From NCBI GenBank assembly GCA_963845185.1, contig CAWJRG010000009.1:224001-288000 (forward strand): a stretch of DNA of 64,000 bases, read 5' to 3'. Below are positions 50,353 to 60,710 of this stretch, piece after piece. A program made the position numbers and the translations under genes. Each line of letters begins with the position of its first letter. Position 1 is the stretch's first letter. The notes beneath the pieces were generated by a model. It searched no databases, was not told where the DNA came from, and saw only the letters and a list, made by a program, of their open reading frames with translations. Origin of the DNA: an uncultured bacterium (GTDB lineage Bacteria; Oederibacteriota; PGYV01; CAWJRG01).

Positions 50353-52296
50353 ATGATGTCTTCACTTTTTTCAGCAATATCAGGTTTACAAACCCACAAT
50401 GACTGGATGACGGTAATAGCAAACAACATCGCAAACGTTGACACTACTGCTTATAAGTCACAGAGGATAACGTTCAGGGACCAGATTTACCAGTCGCTTG
50501 GGTCGGCTTCAGGAGCAAATGAGCTAGAAAATCTCGGAGGAGTGAACCCTGAGGAACTCGGGCTCGGGGATGTTGTCGGCAGCATTGACACGCTAATGAC
50601 GCAGGGCGCTTTACAGACAACAGGGAACTCGCTTGACGTAGCCATAACAGGCAGCGGATTTTTTACCGTAAAGTCGGGCAATACTGTCGCATACACAAGG
50701 GCAGGCAATTTTGGCCAGGATGACCTTGGAAATGTTGTGACATCTTCAGGCGCAATTTTGCAGGGATGGGAAGGCACTTTTACAAGAACGACATCGGCAG
50801 GACCACAACAAACAGGCAGCCCAAACCCTCTTGCCCAGGTAATATCAGATACTTATGAGGTTAATTCCACTGACCCTTCAAAAATAGGAAATATCAATAT
50901 TCCAACCGACCTTGAAATGGCTGCTCAGATGACCAGCAAGATAGATTTTGCAGGAAATCTTGACGCAGAAACTCCGGTAAATGCAGCATGCTATGTCCCT
51001 ATTGTTGGTGGGCTTGTTGTAGCGAACAATGTAGCAACGGCTTTGCCTTCAAATTACGCGCCCGACCAATTGCCTGCAGCCGGTCAAGTTGTATCAATTG
51101 ACCAGGTTGATCAGGGGCTTACCCCAGTTACAGCTACTGCATGGCCACCTGTTGCGGCCAACACGAACTGCGCATATTTTCACGTGGGAGGCGCTGTGGG
51201 AGCAGCCATGGTGACGCCTGACGCGCAGACTACAATTACATGCTATGACTCGCTCGGAAATAAAAGAAGCATAACAGTATGGTATTTCCAGCACGGTGTC
51301 AATACTGACCCTGCTGCGCCTGCTGATGCCAGGCCTGTATGGGACTGGTATGCTTTTGATACAACCTATGTAGCGGGAAGTGCGAAATACACAGGCACGC
51401 CTGATTATTTTAACTGCATAGGAGGAACAAATATTCAAAGCGCGCCAGTGAATCCATTAACCAATGCGGTTGATACCAATTACAACACAGCTCCTGCGAC
51501 TTTTACTATTGATCCTGGAGATGTTTACTCACCAATTTGGTTCAACAATGACGGCTCCCTTGCGTCAAACGGCGGGACATGGCAATTTGCAGGCGCGGCA
51601 GGATTAAACGGCCGACAGGCACAGCCAACTTTGAATCTTGTCCAAAATCCGAGCGCATCGCAGGGATTAATGCCTGACGGCGCAATATCAATTCAGCAGA
51701 TTACAGCTAATTTTGGAACGGGAAATATTTGGCAAGGAGGAGCCGGACTACCGGATACCTTGAACGTAAATAACCCGATAGCTCCTTTTAATTCGCAGGT
51801 TGCAGTAGGTACTGCCAATGCGCTTGGCCAGAGGGACGGGCTGGTAGGAGATGTCATGGGCTCATTCCAGAATATAAACGGAGTGCAGACATATGTACCT
51901 GATTCAACTGCTTACGCGAAAGACCAGAACGGTTTTGGAGCAGGTACGCTTACCGGACTTTCTGTTGGCACAGACGGCACGGTTAACGGCCAGTTTTCAA
52001 ACCAGCAGACAATCGGCCTGGCAAAGATATCTCTTGCTGTGTTTGCCAACCCGGAGGGATTGCAGAAAGAGGGAAATTCGCTTTACAGCACAACATCAAA
52101 TTCCGGTGTTGCTAGAATGGTAACTGCGGCAAACGCAGGAGCAACATTAACAGGCGGAGCGCTTGAAGCTTCAAACGTAGATTTGTCTACCGAGCTCACA
52201 AATATGATAGTTGCGCAGGCGGGATTTAACGCCAATGCAAGGATAGTAACGGTTGACTCAGATATGCTTACGACTCTGACGCAACTTGGAAGATAA
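50353..52296 (+). CDS. flgE: Flagellar hook protein FlgE
   Basis: SAISGL...ANNIANVDT, YTRAGNF, YDSLG and LEASNVDL motifs. Confidence 0.95.
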   Translation: MMSSLFSAISGLQTHNDWMTVIANNIANVDTTAYKSQRITFRDQIYQSLGSASGANELENLGGVNPEELGLGDVVGSIDTLMTQGALQTTGNSLDVAITGSGFFTVKSGNTVAYTRAGNFGQDDLGNVVTSSGAILQGWEGTFTRTTSAGPQQTGSPNPLAQVISDTYEVNSTDPSKIGNINIPTDLEMAAQMTSKIDFAGNLDAETPVNAACYVPIVGGLVVANNVATALPSNYAPDQLPAAGQVVSIDQVDQGLTPVTATAWPPVAANTNCAYFHVGGAVGAAMVTPDAQTTITCYDSLGNKRSITVWYFQHGVNTDPAAPADARPVWDWYAFDTTYVAGSAKYTGTPDYFNCIGGTNIQSAPVNPLTNAVDTNYNTAPATFTIDPGDVYSPIWFNNDGSLASNGGTWQFAGAAGLNGRQAQPTLNLVQNPSASQGLMPDGAISIQQITANFGTGNIWQGGAGLPDTLNVNNPIAPFNSQVAVGTANALGQRDGLVGDVMGSFQNINGVQTYVPDSTAYAKDQNGFGAGTLTGLSVGTDGTVNGQFSNQQTIGLAKISLAVFANPEGLQKEGNSLYSTTSNSGVARMVTAANAGATLTGGALEASNVDLSTELTNMIVAQAGFNANARIVTVDSDMLTTLTQLGR

Positions 52297-52312
52297 GCTT
52301 AGATTTTTAAGC

Positions 52313-52348
52313 AAAGAGGGCGGGATTTTTCCCGCCCTCTTTTATTTT
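52313..52348 (+). terminator. Rho-independent terminator after flgE
   Basis: aaagagggcggg-attttt-cccgccctcttt followed by a T-rich tail. Confidence 0.9.
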
Positions 52349-52564
52349 CTTAAAAACTGTCATTTTGTTATTTACAATAAAAAGCCATATATCAATTTTT
52401 TGAGAGAATTTAAACGAAAATGGGATTAAAACCAAATTATTTTATACAAAATCAATTATTTTGTATAATTAAGCTTAAAAATCCTAAAAATGGTAATTAT
52501 ATAATAGGAAAACAAAGCAATTAAAACAAATATTTAAAGCGTGAAACAAAAAATAATTTTCTTA

Positions 52565-52593
52565 TTGACAAGAGATTTCAAAAATTGTAGAAT
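52565..52593 (+). promoter_or_regulatory. Sigma70-type promoter of the flbD-motA operon
   Basis: TTGACA-17 nt-TAGAAT. Confidence 0.7.
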
Positions 52594-52622
52594 ACCTTTG
52601 CAATTTTTTAAGGAGAAAAACA

Positions 52623-52832
52623 GTGATTTTTGTTACGCGTTTTGACGGTAAAAAAATAGTAATTAATGCCGAACTTATTGAAATGATAGAAGAAACACCG
52701 GAGACAATGATAAGTATGACTACCGGGAAAAAGATAACAATAAAAGAAAAAATCGAAGAGGTGATTGAAAAAGTGAAACAATTTAAAATAGAAACAAATT
52801 ATCCTGTTGTTAAAAAAAATGAAAACTCTTAA
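52623..52832 (+). CDS. flbD: FlbD/SwrD family flagellar protein
   Basis: TRFDG...INAELIEMIEETPETMI. Confidence 0.9.
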   Translation: MIFVTRFDGKKIVINAELIEMIEETPETMISMTTGKKITIKEKIEEVIEKVKQFKIETNYPVVKKNENS

Positions 52833-52847
52833 ACCGGGGGTGCCAAA

Positions 52848-53690
52848 GTGAAATTAGATTCATCAACAATAATAGGATTAGTAATTGCCTGGGGTTCTTT
52901 GTTTATCGCTCTCCTTTTAGAGGGCGGCATTCAATCTGTTACTAGCTTTTTACAATTATCTGCATTTTTTATAGTATTTGGAGGCACCGTGGGAGCAGGT
53001 ATTATCAGTTATCCGTGGGATGTTTTTACCAATATTTTTACAATAACAAGAAACGCGTTCATACAGAGGAAGATGAACCCCAACGACGTCATAAACACAC
53101 TTGTTGGATTTGCGACCAAAGCGAGAAGGGAAGGGCTTCTGGGATTAGAAGATGAAATAGCGAATGTAGACGATAATTTTCTGAAAAAAGGTATCCAGCT
53201 TGTTGTAGACGGCACGGACATAGAACTTGTCAGAAACATACTTGAGACAGACCTTTCATTCTTGGAGACAAGGCACAAAATGGGTGAAGGAGTGTTCACG
53301 ACCATGGGCGGTTTTTCACCTACACTGGGAATCATAGGAACGGTTATGGGGCTTGTCCATGCTCTGGCCACAATTGAAAGCGCGACAAAAGTGGCACAAG
53401 CTATAGCAGTCGCGTTTATCGCCACTTTCTACGGGATATCTTTTGCAAACCTTATTTTTCTTCCGATTGCTAATAAGCTAAAAGCAAAAACAGCCGAAGA
53501 GGTGCTGTTGCGAGAGGTTATGATAGAAGGCATTTTATCAATATCCGCAGGCGACAACCCGCGAATAGTTGAAGAAAAACTAAAAGCATTCTTGTCTCCA
53601 AAAGAACAGGCAGCCAAAGAAGAAGCTGCCGGCGGCACCCAAAGGGCAGCAGGCGGCGGTGGTGCGGCAGCGGGTGGAGGCGCAGCATAA
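52848..53690 (+). CDS. motA: Flagellar stator protein MotA
   Basis: ARREGLLGLE, PTLGIIGTVMGL and ATFYG motifs. Confidence 0.96.
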   Translation: MKLDSSTIIGLVIAWGSLFIALLLEGGIQSVTSFLQLSAFFIVFGGTVGAGIISYPWDVFTNIFTITRNAFIQRKMNPNDVINTLVGFATKARREGLLGLEDEIANVDDNFLKKGIQLVVDGTDIELVRNILETDLSFLETRHKMGEGVFTTMGGFSPTLGIIGTVMGLVHALATIESATKVAQAIAVAFIATFYGISFANLIFLPIANKLKAKTAEEVLLREVMIEGILSISAGDNPRIVEEKLKAFLSPKEQAAKEEAAGGTQRAAGGGGAAAGGGAA

Positions 53691-54515
53691 ATGGCAAAGA
53701 GGAAGCAATTTGGAATAGGAGAGGGCGGAGAAATAGAAACCGCAGGCATGATGCGGTGGCTTTTGACATATGCCGACATGCTTACATTGCTTTTTGCTTT
53801 GTTTGTTATTATGTATGCTGTATCAGCAGTTGATGTGACAAAACTAAAAGCTCTTGCTACAGCTCTTGGACAGGCATTCGGTGCTTCAGGGCAGACATCG
53901 GTTTTGCAATCAGGCGCAACCACTGATACGAAACCGGTAATTATGGAGGTATCCCAGGTCCAGCTTACAACTACAAGGGAAAAGGTCCAAAAATGGATAT
54001 TGCAGCAGAAACTTGAAAAAGAAATAAAGTTGAGGCTTGATGAAAGAGGCCTTGTAATAAGTTTAATGACGGATAGGATACTTTTTCAGCCCGGCAACTC
54101 GATTTTGCTTCCCAGGACAAAAATAATACTTTCTGACATAGCAGAATTAATAAAGGAAACCACAAATCCCATAGTAGTTGAGGGATACACAGACGATATG
54201 CCTATAGTGAAAAACACAAGATTCAAGGATAATTGGGATTTATCAGCTTCAAGGTCGGTGAATGTGGTAAAGTATCTTATACTAAAAGGTCTGTCTCCGG
54301 ACAGAATGTCTTCAGCAGCATACGCTCAATATAAACCAATTGTGCCGAATATTGACGACATTACGAGAGCCAAAAACAGGAGAATTGATATTGTTTTATT
54401 AAAGGCAAATTTAATAGACGATAAGGTAAAAGAATCGAGGGAAATGCCTTTGCCGTCTGACCTTAGGATAAAGAAAAAGATTGAGCAGGAGAATTTGAAA
54501 AATATAACCTACTAA
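53691..54515 (+). CDS. motB: Flagellar stator protein MotB
   Basis: WLLTYADMLTLL; OmpA-like domain with NWDLS and NRRI. Confidence 0.96.
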   Translation: MAKRKQFGIGEGGEIETAGMMRWLLTYADMLTLLFALFVIMYAVSAVDVTKLKALATALGQAFGASGQTSVLQSGATTDTKPVIMEVSQVQLTTTREKVQKWILQQKLEKEIKLRLDERGLVISLMTDRILFQPGNSILLPRTKIILSDIAELIKETTNPIVVEGYTDDMPIVKNTRFKDNWDLSASRSVNVVKYLILKGLSPDRMSSAAYAQYKPIVPNIDDITRAKNRRIDIVLLKANLIDDKVKESREMPLPSDLRIKKKIEQENLKNITY

Positions 54516-54539
54516 ATACACCCATGAGGAGGTAATTTT

Positions 54540-55004
54540 ATGGCGGGAGAAGAAAGAAGGACTTTGCAATTATTAATTATTCTGGTAAGTGCTGTGCTGA
54601 TACTGAGTTTAATTTCCGCGGGAGCCACTTTTTTTGTTTTAATTTCGAAGGTTACTCCTGCAACAAAAAAGGTCATAGTAGAAAAGCCGGAACTCGGGCC
54701 AATACAGTCGCTTGGAGAATTCACTGTAAATCTGGCAGACCCGACCGAAACGCATTATTTGAGAACGAACGTGGTTCTGGAACTTGATTACGGCAGCAAT
54801 TTAAAACTTTCCGATGAAGTTGACAAGAGAACCCCGCAGATAAAGGATATAGTTATATCCGCTTTAAGCAGCAAGACTTCAATTCAGCTTGCGGACCCAG
54901 AAAATAGAGAAGCATTAAAACAAGAAATAAAAGATAAAATAAATGCGATTTTAAACAGGGGCCAGATTACAAAGGTTTATTTCACAACGTTCGCGATACA
55001 ATAA
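54540..55004 (+). CDS. fliL: Flagellar protein FliL
   Basis: N-terminal TM, FTVNLAD and VYFTTFAIQ. Confidence 0.92.
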   Translation: MAGEERRTLQLLIILVSAVLILSLISAGATFFVLISKVTPATKKVIVEKPELGPIQSLGEFTVNLADPTETHYLRTNVVLELDYGSNLKLSDEVDKRTPQIKDIVISALSSKTSIQLADPENREALKQEIKDKINAILNRGQITKVYFTTFAIQ

Positions 55005-55027
55005 ATTGATTAACGGGGTGTTTAATA

Positions 55028-56089
55028 ATGCCGGACGATATACTATCGGATAGTGAACTAAACGCCCTTCTTGCCGGAATGCAGGGAGGGGCAAAAAAAG
55101 AGGATAAAGAAGAAGAGGAAACCGAAGCTGGGTCTTCGAAGGGCGCGCCTGCTAAGAAGAAGGGTAGCATAAAAAGTTATGACTTCAGAAGGCCTGATAA
55201 ATTTTCAAAAGACCAAATAAGAACTATTGAAATGATGCATGAAAGTTTTGCAAGGCATTTTGGCGCGGATCTTTCGGGATATATTAGGACTATAGCAGAA
55301 GTAAGTGTTACATCAGTGCGGCAGATGACATACAACGAATATATTGAAAAAATACCGAATCCAACAAGTATAGCAATATTCAGCCTTGAACCCTTGAAAG
55401 GCATGGCTATTTATGAGATAAACCCCAGTATTATTTTCCCGATAATCGACAGGGTGCTTGGCGGCCGCGGTGCGGCAATGACCAAACCAAGGGAACTGAC
55501 AGACCTTGAGCAGGCTATTGTAGCTAAAATAATAGAAAAAGCATTTGTTAATTTAAAGGACTCGTGGCACAGGATTATCGCTTTTGAACCTGAAATAAAG
55601 GCAAGAGAAACAAATCCGCAGTTTGTTCAGATTGTGGCGCCAAATGAAATGGTATTAAACTTAAATTTTGAAATAAAAATTAAAGAACATGTCGGAGCCA
55701 TGTCAATGGCATTGCCGTATATGGTTATTGAACCTATTCTTTTTAAATTAAGTGCAAGACAATGGTTCACATTAACAAAAGAAGAAGTTTCCCCGGAAAC
55801 AAGGGAGATACTGGACAAGAAAGTTAAAAATACGTGGATACCTATACTTATTGAATTGGGTGGTACGATTTTAACGGTAGATCAGATAATAAATTTAAAA
55901 CCTGGCGATATAGTAAAGCTTGAAACAAATGTGAAAGACGATATTCTTATACTCGCGGAAAGCAAACCAATGTTTTACGGGAAATTAGGTGTAAAGGGTA
56001 AAAAGAAAGCTGTAAAAATAACAAGAATTATCAAAAAAACAGATACTTCATACGAAAAAAAGTTTTTAACTAAATTAGGAGGTGGCTAA
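55028..56089 (+). CDS. fliM: Flagellar motor switch protein FliM
   Basis: LSDSELNALL and YDFRRPDKFSKDQIR motifs. Confidence 0.95.
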   Translation: MPDDILSDSELNALLAGMQGGAKKEDKEEEETEAGSSKGAPAKKKGSIKSYDFRRPDKFSKDQIRTIEMMHESFARHFGADLSGYIRTIAEVSVTSVRQMTYNEYIEKIPNPTSIAIFSLEPLKGMAIYEINPSIIFPIIDRVLGGRGAAMTKPRELTDLEQAIVAKIIEKAFVNLKDSWHRIIAFEPEIKARETNPQFVQIVAPNEMVLNLNFEIKIKEHVGAMSMALPYMVIEPILFKLSARQWFTLTKEEVSPETREILDKKVKNTWIPILIELGGTILTVDQIINLKPGDIVKLETNVKDDILILAESKPMFYGKLGVKGKKKAVKITRIIKKTDTSYEKKFLTKLGGG

Positions 56090-57041
56090 ATTGGCTTTAA
56101 ATGGTGACGAAAAAAAATCAGCAACAGAGATACTATCACAGGCAATACCAAGCGGCGAAAAAATGCTTTCTGAATTGCTCGGAAGAGCAACTACTATATC
56201 AATAGTTGATGTGAAAGCCATGTCAGCGCAGGAATTAGGAGGTCTTATTAAAGGCCGATGCCTTATTGCGCCGGTGGAAATAGGAGATGGTGGAGGGAAT
56301 TCGGTTTTTCTTGCTGAGGAAAACCAGGCCGCTATCATGGCTGACCTCATGATAGGCCAAGATGGCACAAATCCTCCTACAACTCTTGAAGATCTTCATT
56401 TAAGCGCAGTGGCCGAGCTTACAAATCAAGTAGTTGATGCAATTGTTAGTAATATATCAACGCAGGTTGTCAGGCCAATGATGACAACACCTTCCGAGAT
56501 TACGATGGTAAATCTTAAATCCGGAGTTGTGCCCGGCGTAAATGGAGAAGCTGTTGTAGTTGATGCAGAACTTAAAATTGGCGATTTCAACCCGGGCAAG
56601 GTTGCATTTGTATTTTCCGGTGAAGTGGCAGACCTTTTGAAAAGCGGTCCAAAGGCACCGGCTTCTTCGGAAGGTTTTATAAGCGACGTTACCGCAGGCG
56701 GGGAAGCGAAAACCAGTGCACCTGCTACAGCGCAGAAAGTCCAGGCAGCCGAGCTGCAGGAAGAAAGGACAACACCAATAATGGACCATAATTTACAACT
56801 TATTCTTGATGTACCTTTACAGGTTACAGTTGAGCTTGGCAGAACAGAAAAACTTGTGAGAGACGTATTGGATTTATCCCCGGGGTCTGTTATAGAGCTT
56901 GATAAATTAGCCGGCGAGCCGGTTGACATTTTGGTAAACCAGAAATATATCGCAAAAGGCGAGGTCGTAGTCATAGACGAAAACTTTGGTATCAGGATAA
57001 CAGATATTATCAGGCCGGTGGATAGAATACCAAAATTGTAA
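56082..57041 (+). CDS. fliY: FliY/FliN switch protein (CheC-like N-domain plus FliN domain)
   Basis: LSAVAELTNQ and LILDVPLQVTVELG...GEVVVIDENFGIRI. Confidence 0.85.
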   Translation: MAKLALNGDEKKSATEILSQAIPSGEKMLSELLGRATTISIVDVKAMSAQELGGLIKGRCLIAPVEIGDGGGNSVFLAEENQAAIMADLMIGQDGTNPPTTLEDLHLSAVAELTNQVVDAIVSNISTQVVRPMMTTPSEITMVNLKSGVVPGVNGEAVVVDAELKIGDFNPGKVAFVFSGEVADLLKSGPKAPASSEGFISDVTAGGEAKTSAPATAQKVQAAELQEERTTPIMDHNLQLILDVPLQVTVELGRTEKLVRDVLDLSPGSVIELDKLAGEPVDILVNQKYIAKGEVVVIDENFGIRITDIIRPVDRIPKL

Positions 57042-57688
57042 TGCACATGAAAAAAAATTCTCACATATTTCTTTTTTTTTTAATATTGTTTTTTTTGTTC
57101 TGTAATGCGGGTCTTGCAGTTGATACGCAAACAAACGTTACAAAAACCGGAACAGCTGTTGTTGCTAAGGAACTTGGGGGAGAAAAAGGTTACTTAGCCA
57201 ACGAAATTAAAAATATTGAAAATCCGGCAGCTATAAAAAGTCCAAGCGTGGTGGGGACAACAATAAATTTAATCTTGTCGCTATTATTTGTCATTGGTCT
57301 TATATACCTTGTAATGGTAGCTCTGAAGTTTTTCTACGTCAGAACATCCATTCCTTTACGGACAGGCGGGATAATAACCATATTAGCAAAAGAACACATT
57401 GACAGTAAAAGCGTTCTTTATGTTGTTGAGTTTGTTGACAGGATTTTACTATTGGGTCATGCAGGGGGGACAATAAACGCACTTTCCGAAATTAAGGATC
57501 CTGAAATAATAATCCAGATAAAAGAAAAAGCCGATGAATATATTTCGAAATATAGAATGAAGAATGAGTCGAAATTTTCCGAAGAGCTTAAAGCAAGCTA
57601 TTTAAAACAAGGACAAAAAATTATTGATGTTGGAAATAAAACTGTAAAAGAAATTCTGAATAAATTTAAAAAGAGCGATAAAAAATGA
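57041..57688 (+). CDS. fliO: Flagellar biosynthesis protein FliO/FliZ
   Basis: TM segment then LYVVEF..RILLLG; between fliY and fliP. Confidence 0.8.
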   Translation: MHMKKNSHIFLFFLILFFLFCNAGLAVDTQTNVTKTGTAVVAKELGGEKGYLANEIKNIENPAAIKSPSVVGTTINLILSLLFVIGLIYLVMVALKFFYVRTSIPLRTGGIITILAKEHIDSKSVLYVVEFVDRILLLGHAGGTINALSEIKDPEIIIQIKEKADEYISKYRMKNESKFSEELKASYLKQGQKIIDVGNKTVKEILNKFKKSDKK

Positions 57689-58461
57689 GAAAAAGCGGAA
57701 AAAACTGGCTAAAGAGATTAATTTTTATATGCGTCACATTATTTTTGGTTGTTTTTGCGTGCAAAGTTTTATTTGCTGCAGAAGCACTTACTATACCAAA
57801 AATTGATTTGAATATATCTCCTTCAAAAAGCCCCAAAGATGTGGCTACCACAATTCAAATTTTTATACTTCTGACTGTCCTTACGCTCGCTCCGGCTATT
57901 TTAATAATGATGACATCATTTACTAGGATTGTTATAGTGCTTTCTTTTTTGCGCCAGGCACTCGGCAGTCAGCAGATACCATCCAATCAGATACTTATTG
58001 GACTGGCGCTTTTTATGACATTTTTTATAATGAAACCTACTGGCGATGAAATTTACAATAAAGCTTGGCTTCCTTACGTTGATAATAAATTGACACTGGA
58101 GCAGTCTATACAGGAGGGGATAAAGCCTATAAGAAAATTTATGTTCAAACAAACAAGGGAAAAGGATCTGGCTCTTTTTATATTTCTTTCAAAAACAAAG
58201 AGGCCAAAGAATCAGGATGACGTACCAACAAGTACATTGATACCGGCTTTTATAATTAGCGAACTAAAAACTGCGTTCACGGTTGGGTTTTTAATATACG
58301 TTCCTTTCCTAATCATAGATATTGTTGTTGCAAGCACTTTAATGTCAATGGGTATGCTCATGCTGCCGCCTGTAATGATATCGCTTCCTTTTAAAATATT
58401 GCTTTTTATACTTGTAGACGGGTGGCACCTGCTGGCCAGGGCTCTTGCTGTAAGTTTTTAG
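57685..58461 (+). CDS. fliP: Flagellar export gate protein FliP
   Basis: TSFTRI, PAFIISELKTAF and LPFKILLFILVDGW motifs. Confidence 0.97.
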   Translation: MRKSGKNWLKRLIFICVTLFLVVFACKVLFAAEALTIPKIDLNISPSKSPKDVATTIQIFILLTVLTLAPAILIMMTSFTRIVIVLSFLRQALGSQQIPSNQILIGLALFMTFFIMKPTGDEIYNKAWLPYVDNKLTLEQSIQEGIKPIRKFMFKQTREKDLALFIFLSKTKRPKNQDDVPTSTLIPAFIISELKTAFTVGFLIYVPFLIIDIVVASTLMSMGMLMLPPVMISLPFKILLFILVDGWHLLARALAVSF

Positions 58462-58470
58462 GTGAAATAA

Positions 58471-58743
58471 ATGAGCATTGAATTTATTACAAGCTTTGCA
58501 AGAGAGGCGCTTATTCTTACTTTGCTTCTTTCGGCACCTCTTCTTGGTTTTGCACTGATTGTGGGAGTGCTAATAAGTATTTTTCAAGCTGTAACTCAAA
58601 TACAAGAAATGACCCTTACTTTTGTACCTAAAATAATTGTTACTTTGCTCGCCACAATTGTTTTTGGGCCTTGGATATTACGACTACTGTTAAATTTTAC
58701 GTCGGCTCTTTTTTTGAGTTTGCCGACATATATGAAAATGTAA
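58471..58743 (+). CDS. fliQ: Flagellar export gate protein FliQ
   Basis: FQAVTQIQEMTLTFVPK. Confidence 0.97.
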   Translation: MSIEFITSFAREALILTLLLSAPLLGFALIVGVLISIFQAVTQIQEMTLTFVPKIIVTLLATIVFGPWILRLLLNFTSALFLSLPTYMKM

Positions 58744-58749
58744 AGGGAC

Positions 58750-59529
58750 ATGGATTTATTCAACATTGCCATTAGAGAAGGCCAAATATTTTTACTAATT
58801 GTATTTAGAGTGACAGCAGTATTTTTAACAGCCCCACTGTTTGGAAGTGGGAATATACCTGCGCAGGTAAAAATAGGTTTTGCTTTTATAATATGTTTTA
58901 TTATTTATCCGGTTATTGATAAAAGTTTTAATATGCCGACTGACACTATACTTTTTGCCTTGCTTATTTTAAAACAAGTTTTTATAGGTGCTTTAATAGG
59001 TTATGCAACATATCTTGTTTTTGCGGGGATACAGCTATCAGGCCAGATAATAGACCTGCAGATGGGATTTGGAATAGTAAACGTAATTGACCCGATGTCA
59101 AATATGCAAGTTTCTATAATAGGGCAATTTGAATTTCTAATTGGTGTGTTAATATTTCTTGCAATAAATGGACACCATCTGCTTATACAGGCAGTGGTTG
59201 ACAGTTTTAAACTTGCACCAATTATGAGCGTAGGTATTACTAATATTACGGTAGAGAAACTGGCGGATATTTTTTTTAACATGTTTTTAATAGCTTTAAA
59301 GATTGCAGGGCCGGCTACAGTAGCCCTGTTTCTTACTAATGTAGCGCTGGGTTTTATCGCAAGGACAATACCGCAAATGAACGTATTTATTGTAGGGCTG
59401 CCAGTCAATATACTTATTGGTATAGCAACTTTATTAATATCATTACCAATATTGGTTAATATGTTTAATGGACTGTTGAACTCCATGTGGAGTGATATTT
59501 ATATACTTATTAAAAGCATGAGAGTGTAA
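58750..59529 (+). CDS. fliR: Flagellar export gate protein FliR
   Basis: GQIIDLQMGF, NGHH and PQMNVF motifs. Confidence 0.96.
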   Translation: MDLFNIAIREGQIFLLIVFRVTAVFLTAPLFGSGNIPAQVKIGFAFIICFIIYPVIDKSFNMPTDTILFALLILKQVFIGALIGYATYLVFAGIQLSGQIIDLQMGFGIVNVIDPMSNMQVSIIGQFEFLIGVLIFLAINGHHLLIQAVVDSFKLAPIMSVGITNITVEKLADIFFNMFLIALKIAGPATVALFLTNVALGFIARTIPQMNVFIVGLPVNILIGIATLLISLPILVNMFNGLLNSMWSDIYILIKSMRV

Positions 59530-59577
59530 CTTAAATAGGCAGTTGATATAAAATTATTAGAAACGAGGCTGTAAAGA

Positions 59578-60708
59578 ATGCCAGAACCAGATAGGACAGA
59601 AACTGCAACTCCTAAAAAGCGCGAGGACGTACGAAAAAAAGGCCAAGTGGCTCGAAGTGTAGAGATCAACTCTGTTCTCAATCTGTTGATTGTATTCATT
59701 ACTCTCAAGGTTTTCGGCGGCTATATTATAAATAAACTAAGTGGAATATCAGTTTATTTCTGGAGCAACTTATTTACATTTAATTTAACCCCGGACAATA
59801 TAGGCGGATTTACTTTTGAAATACTTATTAAGATTTTATTTATATTATTGCCTATATTTCTTGCTGCACTTTTAATCGGTATAATTTCAAATATACTGCA
59901 AGTAGGCTTTAATATTTCTTTTGAGCCATTAAAGCCGAACTTAGATAATATCAATCCCACAAAGGGGCTTCAAAGGATATTTTCAAAAAGAATGCTTATT
60001 GAGCTTGCGAAGGCTTTTTTAAAAATTTTGATCATAGGTTATATTTTCTACGGCAGTGTAAAAAAAATATTCAATGACATATTCATGACACCGCTCATGG
60101 ATATTAATACGCTTCTTGTGTTTGTATCGACGGCAACATTTAATCTTGCCATGAAAATAGTCGTGGCATTTATTGTTTTTGCCTTTATTGATTTTCTTTA
60201 CCAGCGATGGGAATTTGAACAAAATATAAAAATGACCAAGCAGGAAATAAAAGATGAAATGAAACAGTTGGAAGGAGACCCTTTAATAAAGGCAAGAATC
60301 AGGAATATTCAAAGAGAAATGGCAAGGCGCAGGATGATATCCGAAATCCCGAGGGCAGACGTTGTTATTACAAATCCAACACACATAGCTGTAGCTTTGC
60401 TTTACGACGAAAAAGAAAGTCCTGCACCAAGGGTAGTGGCAAGAGGTTTTAATTTTATGGCTGAAAAAATAAAAAAAATAGCAAAGGAAAACTATGTACC
60501 TATTATAGAAAACCGTTATCTGGCAAGATTACTTTCGGAGGTTGACATAGGAAGGGAAATACCTTATGAACTTTTTCAGGCAGTGGCTGAAATACTTGCT
60601 TATGTATACCAGATAAAAGGAAAAATAAAACTTGATGGAATAGCAAAAAAAGTGGATAATAATATTTTAGATAGACAAGGAATACAACCGGACGCAGGAG
60701 GTAGTTAA
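59578..60708 (+). CDS. flhB: Flagellar export protein FlhB
   Basis: TETATPKK, EGDP and the NPTH cleavage motif. Confidence 0.97.
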   Translation: MPEPDRTETATPKKREDVRKKGQVARSVEINSVLNLLIVFITLKVFGGYIINKLSGISVYFWSNLFTFNLTPDNIGGFTFEILIKILFILLPIFLAALLIGIISNILQVGFNISFEPLKPNLDNINPTKGLQRIFSKRMLIELAKAFLKILIIGYIFYGSVKKIFNDIFMTPLMDINTLLVFVSTATFNLAMKIVVAFIVFAFIDFLYQRWEFEQNIKMTKQEIKDEMKQLEGDPLIKARIRNIQREMARRRMISEIPRADVVITNPTHIAVALLYDEKESPAPRVVARGFNFMAEKIKKIAKENYVPIIENRYLARLLSEVDIGREIPYELFQAVAEILAYVYQIKGKIKLDGIAKKVDNNILDRQGIQPDAGGS

Positions 60709-60710
60709 TT

